Assembly (NCBI GenBank): GCA_038215615.1
Contig: JBBQQR010000022.1
Span: 1-35,395, forward strand
Reading direction: 5' to 3'
Origin: Vulcanimicrobiales bacterium
GTDB taxonomy: Bacteria > Vulcanimicrobiota > Vulcanimicrobiia > Vulcanimicrobiales > Vulcanimicrobiaceae
DNA: 35,395 bases
The notes beneath the pieces were generated by a model, which was not told the origin of the DNA, searched no databases, and saw only the letters and a list, made by a program, of their open reading frames with translations. Position 1 is the stretch's first letter. The number at the start of each line of letters is the position of its first letter. Position numbers and translations under genes: made by a program. This document shows positions 26,393 through 35,199 of this stretch, one piece after another.

Positions 26393-27834
26393 CGGGCTCG
26401 CGGCGGATCATGTGGGCGTTCCTATCTACGGGTATTGCCATTTTCGGTCTCATGACGCTGGTCGGGTTCGCAATGCGTATCGAGCAGGCGCAATGGGTTG
26501 CCTACGATCCCGGCGCGTTTTATGCATTGATGACGCTGCACGGTTCGGGCATGATTGTCGCCTTAGCGCTCTGCGGAATGGGCGGCTTGTGGTTCATCAT
26601 GGATCGCGAGCGACCGATGAATCAGGGGCTTGCGTGGTCCGCGTACGCGTTGATCGTGATCGGTGTCGTCGCAGTAATTCTGAGTGTGTTTCCCGGACGG
26701 TTTGGAGCGGCGTGGACGTTTCTCTTCCCGTTGCCATTCATCGGTGCGACGTGGCCGAGTTGGGCGACCGGAGCATTCCTTATCGGCGTTGCGCTCATCA
26801 TGCTCGGCTGGACCGTCTATTGCGTGCAGCTGCTCGGGTGCGTCCTTATGAAGTACGGCGGCCTACGCGGCGCGACGGGCTGGGATCTCGTTTTCCACCA
26901 CGACGCGTTCGTTGCATCCGGGCGCCCGGAGCCGCCGCCTGCGGCGTTCGCCGCGCTCATCACGGCTGTGGATGGACTCTTTGCGGTGGCCGGCGGCATG
27001 CTCGTCGGCGTTGCGCTCATCATCCACTGGATCGATCCAACGGTTGCCATCGATCCGCTGTGGGCAAAAAACCTCACGTATTTGTTCGGCCACACGTTCG
27101 CGAACCTTACAATTTATATGGCGATTGCCTTCGTTTATGTTGCACTTCCGCGGTACGCAAATCGCGAATGGCACACTTCGCCGGTTCTCGCGATCGCGTG
27201 GTGGGGAACGCTCCTGTTCGTCGCGACCGCGTATTTCCATCACCTGTATATGGATTTCGTGCAGCCGCGCGGCCTTCAGTACGTTGGCGAAGTCGCGTCG
27301 TATCTTGCTGCGTTTCCACCTGCCGTCGTTACGATCTTCGGCGGCGCACTATTAGTGTATCGTTCGAATTTGCGCTGGACGATGGGTTCGATGTTCATGT
27401 ACGCGGGACTCGTGGGATGGCTCATCGGCGGGGTCGGAGCGCTGATCGACGCGACCGTTCCAATCAATTCCTCACTGCATAACACGTTGTGGGTGCCCGC
27501 GCACTTCCATACGTATCTGCTCGAAGGCGTCACGTTGTTCATCCTCGGTTGGATTTTTGCGGATCTGGAAACGCGATCCGGGCTGGTGAGCTCGCTCTTA
27601 ACGCGATGGATGGTCGGCATAGGAATTTTCGGCGGCGGCGCTCTGCTGTTGTTGGGCTGGTACGTTGCAGGCGCAGCGTCCGTTCCGAGACGCTACGCGA
27701 TGCAGCCATCGCCGGGCCCCGCAATCTCCGCGTGGGCATCGGTTGGAGCGATCCTCCTCATATTTGGATTGGTGCTCTGCCTAGCCGAAGCGGTGAGGCT
27801 GGCGCGGGCGCGCAACGCGGAGCCGGTTGTATGA
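26389..27834 (+). CDS. Heme-copper oxidase superfamily subunit I, sNOR/NorY-like (putative NO reductase)
   Basis: All six His present (MTLHG, FGH, HH, HFH); helix VI reads GHTFAN rather than GHPxVY; ATGA-coupled to subunit II. Confidence 0.85.
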   Translation: MTGSRRIMWAFLSTGIAIFGLMTLVGFAMRIEQAQWVAYDPGAFYALMTLHGSGMIVALALCGMGGLWFIMDRERPMNQGLAWSAYALIVIGVVAVILSVFPGRFGAAWTFLFPLPFIGATWPSWATGAFLIGVALIMLGWTVYCVQLLGCVLMKYGGLRGATGWDLVFHHDAFVASGRPEPPPAAFAALITAVDGLFAVAGGMLVGVALIIHWIDPTVAIDPLWAKNLTYLFGHTFANLTIYMAIAFVYVALPRYANREWHTSPVLAIAWWGTLLFVATAYFHHLYMDFVQPRGLQYVGEVASYLAAFPPAVVTIFGGALLVYRSNLRWTMGSMFMYAGLVGWLIGGVGALIDATVPINSSLHNTLWVPAHFHTYLLEGVTLFILGWIFADLETRSGLVSSLLTRWMVGIGIFGGGALLLLGWYVAGAASVPRRYAMQPSPGPAISAWASVGAILLIFGLVLCLAEAVRLARARNAEPVV

Positions 27835-28547
27835 CGCTGCGCAAACTCATTGTCATCGTATCCGCGCTTGCCGCGCTCGTTTTTTCCGCGATGCCGGTGA
27901 TTACGGGCGCTCGCGACATCGGCGTGCATCAACATCACCTCGATCACGCCGTGCTGATGCTGCTCGGCGCGATCGCGGGGCTCGCATTGTATTCGGGCAG
28001 CAGCGATCGCGAATCTCCGCCGTGGCTGTGGGTTGCGGTGCTCTGTCCTTTCATCGCAATGCTGCTTATGTCTCCATCGCTTTATTCATTGGTGGATCAA
28101 ACCCCGTGGCTGCATTCGTTCGACCACATCGTCTTTGTGGTGCTCGCGGTGATGACGGCATATGCCGGCCAGCGATACGTGCGCGGCGTCGGCTGGGCCA
28201 CCGCGCTGATGCTCGAATCGATGGCGATAGTTGCAGCTTTCGGATATGGTGTCGCTCCCGCAGTCACCGTTCTTTCGCCAAGCGCGGCCGTAACACAGCG
28301 AACCGAACCTTCCGGAGATGTCGCGCACGGCAGGGTGCTCTTCGCGCAGAACTGTGCCGTGTGTCACGGTGCTCGCGGCGAGGGTGGTGAGGGGCCGCCG
28401 CTCAAGAACGAAGTATCGCGCAAGGATTTCGCCCAAGCGCAAGCGTGGATAAAGAAACCCGCGCCGCCGATGCCGGCGTTGTATCCCAATCCGCTGAGCG
28501 CAAAAGATGTCGCCGACGTCGCCGCTTTCGTCGAATCCCTAAAGTAG
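27831..28547 (+). CDS. His-rich membrane domain (CtaG/DUF1404-like) fused to cytochrome c
   Basis: ATG 27831 overlaps the upstream stop; HQHHLDH, WLHSFDH, C-terminal CAVCHG...MP. Confidence 0.8.
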   Translation: MTLRKLIVIVSALAALVFSAMPVITGARDIGVHQHHLDHAVLMLLGAIAGLALYSGSSDRESPPWLWVAVLCPFIAMLLMSPSLYSLVDQTPWLHSFDHIVFVVLAVMTAYAGQRYVRGVGWATALMLESMAIVAAFGYGVAPAVTVLSPSAAVTQRTEPSGDVAHGRVLFAQNCAVCHGARGEGGEGPPLKNEVSRKDFAQAQAWIKKPAPPMPALYPNPLSAKDVADVAAFVESLK

Positions 28548-29777
28548 CGAGATATTCGCCTGTTTCATCGCTCTCGCTCGCGCGACTACAAGATTGCACA
28601 TCATCGCGAGCCAGCCGATCATGCCGACGACGGCACCGGCGCTGACAGCGGCTGCGTTCTGCGCGAGCAGCCCAAAAGCCACGCTCGCGATTGCGAGTTG
28701 AAAAGTCGCGAATGATACCCACGAGAGGCGCGAGTCGAGCACTTCTTGCGGACGCGTTTCATCATCCTCACCGCGATAAGCCGTAAGCAGCACGCGTACA
28801 CCGATGTGATAGACATGCGCGTTGATCGCCTGTCCGATCCAGCCCGCCAACAGAACGAAACCGTAGGCGAGCTGCCATGAATTGCCGGCCAGCGTTCCCG
28901 CGCCCAGCCCCAAGCCGCAAAGCAACCACACGATCGCGGCGAGCAAGAATGCTTGCGAAGCGGTGCGCGGGCCGGCAGCGCGTCGTAGGACATCGAGGAG
29001 ATCGAGAGCATAGACGAGCGCCGCACAACCGAAGAGGATCGCGCCGGGCCAGATAAGCCAAGAGATGCCGCCAAGGCCGATCGCCAGCAGCGGAACGCCA
29101 ATCACCGTGAACGAGCCGACGGCGATGTGCGCCGCCGGAAAACGCGATCGTTCGCCGGAAATTGGACGCACCGTTCGAACTGAAACACCGAATATCAACA
29201 GCGAAAGCCATCCGAGCATTCCAAGATTCGCGTGCGCCGCCGGCAGCGACGCGATCCAGGGCGGCGTCACGTATCCCGAGATCGCGACGCTCAGCGCGAA
29301 ACCCAAGAGCGCCGTCACGACGAGGAACAGCAGCGTTATCAATAGCGCGCGCGCGATGGCGCGCTCCATACGCTCTCCGCGAAATGCCTCGACTAGTGTG
29401 GCAACAGCGGCTATCGTATATGCGAGCAACGCGAACGCGATCAATCCCGCCCCGAACACCGCAAGGCCGGGTCGCAGCAGTGCGGCCCCCACGAAAAGCA
29501 AAACCCCGGCGCAAAAAATGAAGACCGACCGGCGAGCCAGATTCTCCAATCGCCACCGCACGTCGGCGAAACGCGGAATCACGTGGAGCAGGACGCTCAT
29601 CGCGGCTGTGGCTGCCCAGCCGAGGGCCACAGCGTGGATCCATGCAATTGCTAAGAATCCAAGCGATGAAACCGAACCCGCTATCGCTGCCCAGATAAGA
29701 AGAAGCCACGACGCGCCGTGCGAAAGCTGCGCGAAGATGAGTGCGCCGGGTGGAATCCAGTGCCGCCGATTGAACAT
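28539..29777 (-). CDS. ~12-TM membrane protein with repeated H...LGW modules (NnrS/heme-copper oxidase subunit I-like)
   Basis: WIHAVALGW, AHANLGMLGW, YGFVLLAGW..HVYH; 412 aa. Confidence 0.75.
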   Translation of the reverse strand: MFNRRHWIPPGALIFAQLSHGASWLLLIWAAIAGSVSSLGFLAIAWIHAVALGWAATAAMSVLLHVIPRFADVRWRLENLARRSVFIFCAGVLLFVGAALLRPGLAVFGAGLIAFALLAYTIAAVATLVEAFRGERMERAIARALLITLLFLVVTALLGFALSVAISGYVTPPWIASLPAAHANLGMLGWLSLLIFGVSVRTVRPISGERSRFPAAHIAVGSFTVIGVPLLAIGLGGISWLIWPGAILFGCAALVYALDLLDVLRRAAGPRTASQAFLLAAIVWLLCGLGLGAGTLAGNSWQLAYGFVLLAGWIGQAINAHVYHIGVRVLLTAYRGEDDETRPQEVLDSRLSWVSFATFQLAIASVAFGLLAQNAAAVSAGAVVGMIGWLAMMCNLVVARARAMKQANISLL

Positions 29778-30273
29778 GATTGCATCCTATCATGCCCGTT
29801 GAAAGCCGTCTCTTCGTCAAAGCCAGCCTAGTCTGGCTCAGTGCGACTTTTGCCGTGGGCGCCGTACTGCTGGCCCTCAAAGCGCTCGGATTATCGCTTC
29901 ACTATGACCTTTCGATAGTTCATGCACATATGGGTTTCGTCGGCTGGCTGGTGAACTTGGTGATGGGCGTCGCGCTCTGGTTTTTGCCGGTGAACCGAGA
30001 GAAGTTTCCGGAAAATCGCGGACGGTACCCGGCGGTGACCGTCCGCTTCATTTTCGCCATGCTCAACATCGGCCTCGTGCTGCGCATCGCCTTTGAGCCG
30101 CTCGTCGACAAAGCGGGACCAACGCCTTTCTATTCGGCAATGCTGCTCGCGAGCGCGGTGCTGCAGCTCGCAGCGATCGTGCTATTTGCCGCTATCGCGT
30201 GGCTGCGCGTTCGGCAGGTTTAAGGGCCGCTTACTTAATAACGCGGAAAAGTCATGTGCATCTTCCCGTGGCC
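29440..30273. repeat. ~830-bp direct repeat, copy 2; includes a 3' scrap of the cupredoxin gene (30231-30273)
   Basis: Matches 17748-18580. Confidence 0.92.
29792..30223 (+). CDS. 143-aa four-TM HAH..VGW protein, copy 2
   Basis: Paralog of 18100-18531 with ~6 aa differences. Confidence 0.75.
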   Translation: MPVESRLFVKASLVWLSATFAVGAVLLALKALGLSLHYDLSIVHAHMGFVGWLVNLVMGVALWFLPVNREKFPENRGRYPAVTVRFIFAMLNIGLVLRIAFEPLVDKAGPTPFYSAMLLASAVLQLAAIVLFAAIAWLRVRQV

Positions 30274-30298
30274 CTTTGGACCAGATGTTAATAGCATC

Positions 30299-31183
30299 TC
30301 ACGCGTTCTTCGCGCGGCTTAGTCGCCCGAGAAGCAGATGAAAGTACAGCATTCCTTGCATATCGTCCAAAGAAACGAGCACTTCTTCGAGACTGATTTC
30401 GGGGTCGCCGGAAAGCATCTTAATGTTTCGTGCCGCACCCGAATCGGTAGGCGGGAAAACGTCGAGACGTCCAAAACCGCGCAAGAGAATGTTTGCCGCG
30501 CTCCAGCGCCCGATGCCGGGAATCTTCTGCAGTTCTAACAGCGCGACCGAGGTGGAAAGCGATTCGATATGCGTCGCCGTGACGGAATGCGACGTAACCG
30601 CGTTCGCCGCATTTTTCAGGTATGCCGCCTTTTGTCGACTTAGCCCTAAACGCTGTAGCTGCAAATCGCTCGTTCCAGTAATGTTGCCGGCGGCGGGAAA
30701 TGGATACAGGCACGCGCCCTCATGTTCGATCGGATTGGAAAAGCGCTCCACGAAACGTCGCATGATCGTGGAGGCTGCAGCGATGCTCAGTTGCTGGAAC
30801 ACTATCCCGTTGCACAATGCTTCCCACAGATCGGGATAGCGCGGCGGCTTTAATCCGCGAAGATCTCGCGCCAGCGCGGTCAACCAGGGAAAACGCGCAA
30901 CACGTCGATACCAGCGGCGTAGATCGACACCGGTGCCCAACATTGTCCTGACCGTTTCCAAACGATCTCGGGCATTGCGCCCGGTAATGCGTATCTCGAG
31001 TCGATCGCTTCGCGTCTGCTGCGCTTCGATGATGTTGACGCCATCGTTATCCGAGAAGGCTCGCAGATACTTTCCGTCGGGCGTGACGACATCAACGATG
31101 TTACTACTCACGCGGCGGAGCGCGCGCGTCGTCAAGTCCAATCGGTACGGCGAGACAGGTACGATGGTCGTGTGAAGGCTCAT
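30299..31183 (-). CDS. alkA: DNA-3-methyladenine glycosylase II (HhH-GPD)
   Basis: WEAL...IVFQQLS, FP, LGLSRQKA, IPGIGRWSA..ILLRG.GRLDVFP.TD. Confidence 0.9.
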   Translation of the reverse strand: MSLHTTIVPVSPYRLDLTTRALRRVSSNIVDVVTPDGKYLRAFSDNDGVNIIEAQQTRSDRLEIRITGRNARDRLETVRTMLGTGVDLRRWYRRVARFPWLTALARDLRGLKPPRYPDLWEALCNGIVFQQLSIAAASTIMRRFVERFSNPIEHEGACLYPFPAAGNITGTSDLQLQRLGLSRQKAAYLKNAANAVTSHSVTATHIESLSTSVALLELQKIPGIGRWSAANILLRGFGRLDVFPPTDSGAARNIKMLSGDPEISLEEVLVSLDDMQGMLYFHLLLGRLSRAKNA

Positions 31184-31197
31184 AGGGTCACCCGGTT

Positions 31198-32877
31198 TCA
31201 GATATAGGGCAAAAGGTCAAAGTACTCGTCGTCTTCGTTGACCCCGCCGCGACCTTTGCCGATCGTCTTCTCCGTCTCGATGAAGCGGATTTCGCGGATC
31301 CACTTGACCATCTTGAAACCCAGCTGATTTTCAACGCGCAATCGAAGCGGTGCACCGTGCACCTGTGGAAGGGGCGCGTCGTTCATTTCGTAGGCGAGGA
31401 GACACTCCGGTTTGACGACATCCTCGAGCCGCTGTGTATCGTAATAGACACCGCCGAAAGTCCCTTCCCCGAACGATATGAACTCGACGACGCGCGCGGC
31501 CGGCAGCGGCTTCACAAATCCAATCAGCCGCACCATCGAGATACCACCCCACTGAGCGACGCCGCTCCAACCCTGAATACAATGATGCAACGCCACGTGC
31601 TCGTCGTACCCCAGCGCCCGTATCTCTTCGAGACTCAAATCGGCGGGATTCTCTACGCAGCCGCTGATGCGCAACCGGTAATCGCGGAAGTCGCCGGCCG
31701 CGAGCCGTTGCCATTCACCGGAATCCGGTATCTTGCCGTTTGTCCAGAAGTACGGCGAGATGTCTTTACGCGTGTAGCGCTCCGCCGGATTGAAGCGCTT
31801 CGAAGCGCCCACGCCCAATTCAAGCGGGAAGATAAGCATCTTCTGAAGGCGTTGAATGGCACGGGGATAGCGCCAGGCGAGAATGTGCGCGGCGGCCCAG
31901 GATGCGATCACGACGCCGAGGCCAATGCAGCCGAGGATCAACCCAATTGGATGTGTATCGTCCGTGCCTATAACGATATGATTGAAGTTCCGTTGCGCTC
32001 CGGTCGAGAGTACCAGCGTGACGTGCACGATAGTGAACGCGATATATCCGAGCAGGAGCAGGAAGTGGAGCGAGCGGCCACCCTGACGTCCGCCGAAGAT
32101 CCGCGGATACCAAGGGAATGCGTTATCGAGCGCCGGCGACATTGCGATTCCGGTCAAGATGGAGAGCGGTGCCATGATGAACACGACACCGAAGTATCCA
32201 AGCTGTTGAAGCGCGTTGTACGCGTAGTAGCCGTTCGGCTCGACCGGAAAGTGGAAGGTTGCGTAGTGTACGAAAACATCCCATGCATGCGGAAAGATCG
32301 CCCACGATGTTGGAACCAGGCGCGGCCATTGGCCGCTGATGAACAAGATGCCGACGTACGCCACCCCGGTGAGAACGAAGCCATAGTCGGTGATGAAATG
32401 CCACGACCGGCCCATTCCAATCGTGTGCCGGTAACCGGGCAGCGCGATGATGGGCGAGATATAGCGCGCGTCTTCCTTTGCGGTCCAGACGCGATCTTTG
32501 GGAACGGTCAGCGGCGTCAACCGTAACCACTCGGTCCCCGGAGTACAATGGTTGTTCCAATAAAGCCGGGGATGATCCATGAGAATTGAGAGGCCGCTGC
32601 GCATCAGCAAAAACAGAAAGAACAGATTCGCATAATGGGTCCAACGAATCCATATGGGAAAGCCGCGCGGCGCGCCACTCGACGCGCCGGCGGTAACCAC
32701 GGCGACCGGAGATGACGCGGAGTGGATGCCGAGCGTCAGTAGTTGCAGCCATGCGAGCGCGATCGGAATGGCAATGAAGGCGATGAGCCAGATGACGTAA
32801 CGGCGTCGTAAGATGGCGACCGTGCGCCGATCGTTTGGTAGATGAACCCGTTCGTGCGCATCATCGAAACGGACCAT
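31198..32877 (-). CDS. Cytochrome b domain fused to a sulfite-oxidase-family (MsrP/YuiH-like) molybdopterin domain
   Basis: RWTHYAN, RSWHF, YNALQQL.Y, RSLHF...HV (heme His); HHCIQGWS (Mo Cys), HGAPLRLR....GFKMVKWI. Confidence 0.88.
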   Translation of the reverse strand: MVRFDDAHERVHLPNDRRTVAILRRRYVIWLIAFIAIPIALAWLQLLTLGIHSASSPVAVVTAGASSGAPRGFPIWIRWTHYANLFFLFLLMRSGLSILMDHPRLYWNNHCTPGTEWLRLTPLTVPKDRVWTAKEDARYISPIIALPGYRHTIGMGRSWHFITDYGFVLTGVAYVGILFISGQWPRLVPTSWAIFPHAWDVFVHYATFHFPVEPNGYYAYNALQQLGYFGVVFIMAPLSILTGIAMSPALDNAFPWYPRIFGGRQGGRSLHFLLLLGYIAFTIVHVTLVLSTGAQRNFNHIVIGTDDTHPIGLILGCIGLGVVIASWAAAHILAWRYPRAIQRLQKMLIFPLELGVGASKRFNPAERYTRKDISPYFWTNGKIPDSGEWQRLAAGDFRDYRLRISGCVENPADLSLEEIRALGYDEHVALHHCIQGWSGVAQWGGISMVRLIGFVKPLPAARVVEFISFGEGTFGGVYYDTQRLEDVVKPECLLAYEMNDAPLPQVHGAPLRLRVENQLGFKMVKWIREIRFIETEKTIGKGRGGVNEDDEYFDLLPYI

Positions 32878-32900
32878 CCAAGTTCAACCCGCCGCCGGGG

Positions 32901-33158
32901 TCATAGTTCTTTTCGGTTATTAGGCGACAACTGTGATGCGACATCACGATAGACATGTCTCATCGCTTCGCCGAGAAGTCCCCCAACGCGAAAGATCGCG
33001 TCACCGGACAGGCGCAGCCCCGTCCAAGGCGTCCCGGCATGCCGCTGCACCAGCAGGTAGGTGTCCTCTCCAAGTGCATAGATCGCAAACTGATCCGATT
33101 GGGCTATCGGCGTCTTGCCGGCGACAGCTGACGGCTCGAGTTGCTCAATGAAGTCCAT
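32901..33158 (-). CDS. Hypothetical protein (85 aa)
   Basis: Fills the operon gap; its start overlaps the reductase 3' end. Confidence 0.6.
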   Translation of the reverse strand: MDFIEQLEPSAVAGKTPIAQSDQFAIYALGEDTYLLVQRHAGTPWTGLRLSGDAIFRVGGLLGEAMRHVYRDVASQLSPNNRKEL

Positions 33159-34347
33159 AATTATCGTCGCTCAGCATTCCTACGTCTAGGTCCGTGCGTC
33201 CAAGCAATTTCGTCGCGGCCACCGACTCGGACCAGCGATTGACGCTGCAAACCGCATCGATTCTGCGGTTTTTCAGATAGAAGGCGCTGAATGAACCCTC
33301 CTGCGGCTTACCGCGAATGGCGACCTTGTCCCATGCAAGGGCGTATCCTCGGTACAGTAAGCTAAACCCATACTGATCTGAAAAGAAGAATGGCACCGTG
33401 TCAAACGCCTCGAGCTTACCCGCCATCGCTTTGCCGGCGGCTTCACCTTGACGTTGCGCGTTATCGAAGTGCTCTAACCGCACATGGCGCTTCAATCGCG
33501 GGTGCCAGGAGTTTGCGACGTCGCCCGCCGCAAAGATCCCGTCGACGCTCGTCCGGCAAAATTCATCGGTGACAATTCCATTATCGATCTTGACGTGGCC
33601 GGCAACCAGTTCTACCGAAGGTTTGACGCCGATTCCGACTACGGCCAAATCACACGTCACGGCGCTGCCGTCGGAGAAGACCGCCTCCTCGACCCGTCCG
33701 CTACCGCGAAACGCGGTGACCTTTGCTCCAATTTTCAGCGTGACGTTTTCGGCACGATGGTACCCCGCGTAAATCTCGCTCAGTTCTTTGCCGAGCACGT
33801 GCGCTAGCGGAAGCTCCGGACCCGTCAAGGTGACCTCGCAGCCGAGCTTTCGCGCCGACGCGGCCACCTCGCATCCGATAAAACCCGTTCCGACGATCAA
33901 CACCTTAGGATGCTGCTGCAGGCTGGTGCGGAGCGCATCGCAGTCGCGCAGCGTTCGCAAATATGCAATTCCCGCTAAATCGTGTCCGGGAACGTCCATA
34001 CGCCGCAACGCCGCGCCGGTCGCGATAAGCAGCTTATCGTAATGAAGATCCGGCTCGTTTGCGATCTGCACGGATTGCGTCGCCGGATCGATGCCGGTAA
34101 TCCGTTGGTTCAGCCGGAGATCAATCGCGTATTTTTTGTAAAAGCGGGGAAGCTCTAAGAATATACGCTGTTCGGATATTTCGTCGCGTAAGCGATCTTT
34201 GGAAAGCGGCGGGCGTTCGTACGGCGGATCGGGTTCCTCGCCGAAGAGCACGATCTCTCCGTCGAAGCCTTCGGCGCGCAGCGCCCGCGCCGCGCTAAAA
34301 CCCGCCAGGCCACCACCGGCAATGACGTAGGTCTTCTTTTCACTCAC
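33145..34347 (-). CDS. FAD-dependent NAD(P)H:ferredoxin reductase-type oxidoreductase
   Basis: GGGLAG, YERPPLSK, LIATG, GTGFIGCE, FAAGD, PFFFSDQY. GTG 34347 overlaps the CDGSH stop. Confidence 0.9.
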   Translation of the reverse strand: MSEKKTYVIAGGGLAGFSAARALRAEGFDGEIVLFGEEPDPPYERPPLSKDRLRDEISEQRIFLELPRFYKKYAIDLRLNQRITGIDPATQSVQIANEPDLHYDKLLIATGAALRRMDVPGHDLAGIAYLRTLRDCDALRTSLQQHPKVLIVGTGFIGCEVAASARKLGCEVTLTGPELPLAHVLGKELSEIYAGYHRAENVTLKIGAKVTAFRGSGRVEEAVFSDGSAVTCDLAVVGIGVKPSVELVAGHVKIDNGIVTDEFCRTSVDGIFAAGDVANSWHPRLKRHVRLEHFDNAQRQGEAAGKAMAGKLEAFDTVPFFFSDQYGFSLLYRGYALAWDKVAIRGKPQEGSFSAFYLKNRRIDAVCSVNRWSESVAATKLLGRTDLDVGMLSDDNYGLH

Positions 34348-34570
34348 GGTGAGCCGTCGGATCCCCTTCACGGGATCTAAAGCCGACCTTTTCGTGTGTT
34401 CCATCACAGAACGGCTTGTTATTCGATCTTCCGCATCGGCACAAATAAATGGCGCCGTCTTTATCGGCCTCAGCGCTAAGATCGATTTTGTCACCGCTCG
34501 GCCATTGAAGTTCGCCGAGGCCGGTAACCATATTAGGGCCGTCGACTGTTGGGACAATACGAAGGTTCAT
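34340..34570 (-). CDS. CDGSH iron-sulfur domain protein
   Basis: DGP.MV.G ... LCRCGRSNNKPFCDGTH; AAGGA RBS. Confidence 0.92.
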   Translation of the reverse strand: MNLRIVPTVDGPNMVTGLGELQWPSGDKIDLSAEADKDGAIYLCRCGRSNNKPFCDGTHEKVGFRSREGDPTAHRE

Positions 34571-34728
34571 GTTCTTTCCTTTCGCGCGCGCGATCTAGGC
34601 GCTTTTTTTACTGCATTAGAGCCCACCTGCGACGCACGGCGCCTGCTTGGTTTCGCTCAAGCGTCGCTTCAACGGCTGCCCTAACGGGTACGGATCTAAA
34701 CACCGAAAAAAAGGGAGACGCGTTACCT

Positions 34729-35199
34729 ATGGATGCGATTATGTTATTGAAAGCCGACCACGCGAAAGTCGGCGGCCTTCTGGAGGAAATCGACCGTTTG
34801 AGCGAGTCCGCGCACGCAGAGCGCCGCGAAATCTTTGAAAAGATCGACCACGAGCTCAGGGTGCATTCTAAAATCGAAGAAACGATCTTCTATCCAGCGT
34901 TGAAAAAGAAAGCTAACACCGACAAGGATGACGGCGCGAAGCAGGAAGTACTCGAGGCGTACGAAGAGCACGCCAACGTTAAGAACATGTTAGAAAAACT
35001 CGAAGAGACGGATGCAACCGACGAAACGTACAACGCGAAGCTGCAAGTCCTGAGCGAGCTTATCAAGCACCACGTCCATGAAGAAGAACACGAAATGTTC
35101 AAGGAAGCGCGCAGCCTCATGGACGAGACAGAACTCGAAGAACTCGGCAAGGAATTAGCGCGCGCAAAGGAACAGTTGATGAGTGGAGCCCCAGCCTAA
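34729..35199 (+). CDS. Hemerythrin/HHE-domain protein
   Basis: LLKADH, H...EETIFYP, EEH, HHVHEEE..MF; GGGAG RBS. Confidence 0.9.
   Translation: MDAIMLLKADHAKVGGLLEEIDRLSESAHAERREIFEKIDHELRVHSKIEETIFYPALKKKANTDKDDGAKQEVLEAYEEHANVKNMLEKLEETDATDETYNAKLQVLSELIKHHVHEEEHEMFKEARSLMDETELEELGKELARAKEQLMSGAPA

Noticed and set aside
34665..34692. SigB/SigF-like GGGTAC -10 upstream of hemerythrin (similar boxes near 21391 and 21205)
   Set aside because: The -35 elements and spacings are inconsistent; too weak without TSS data.
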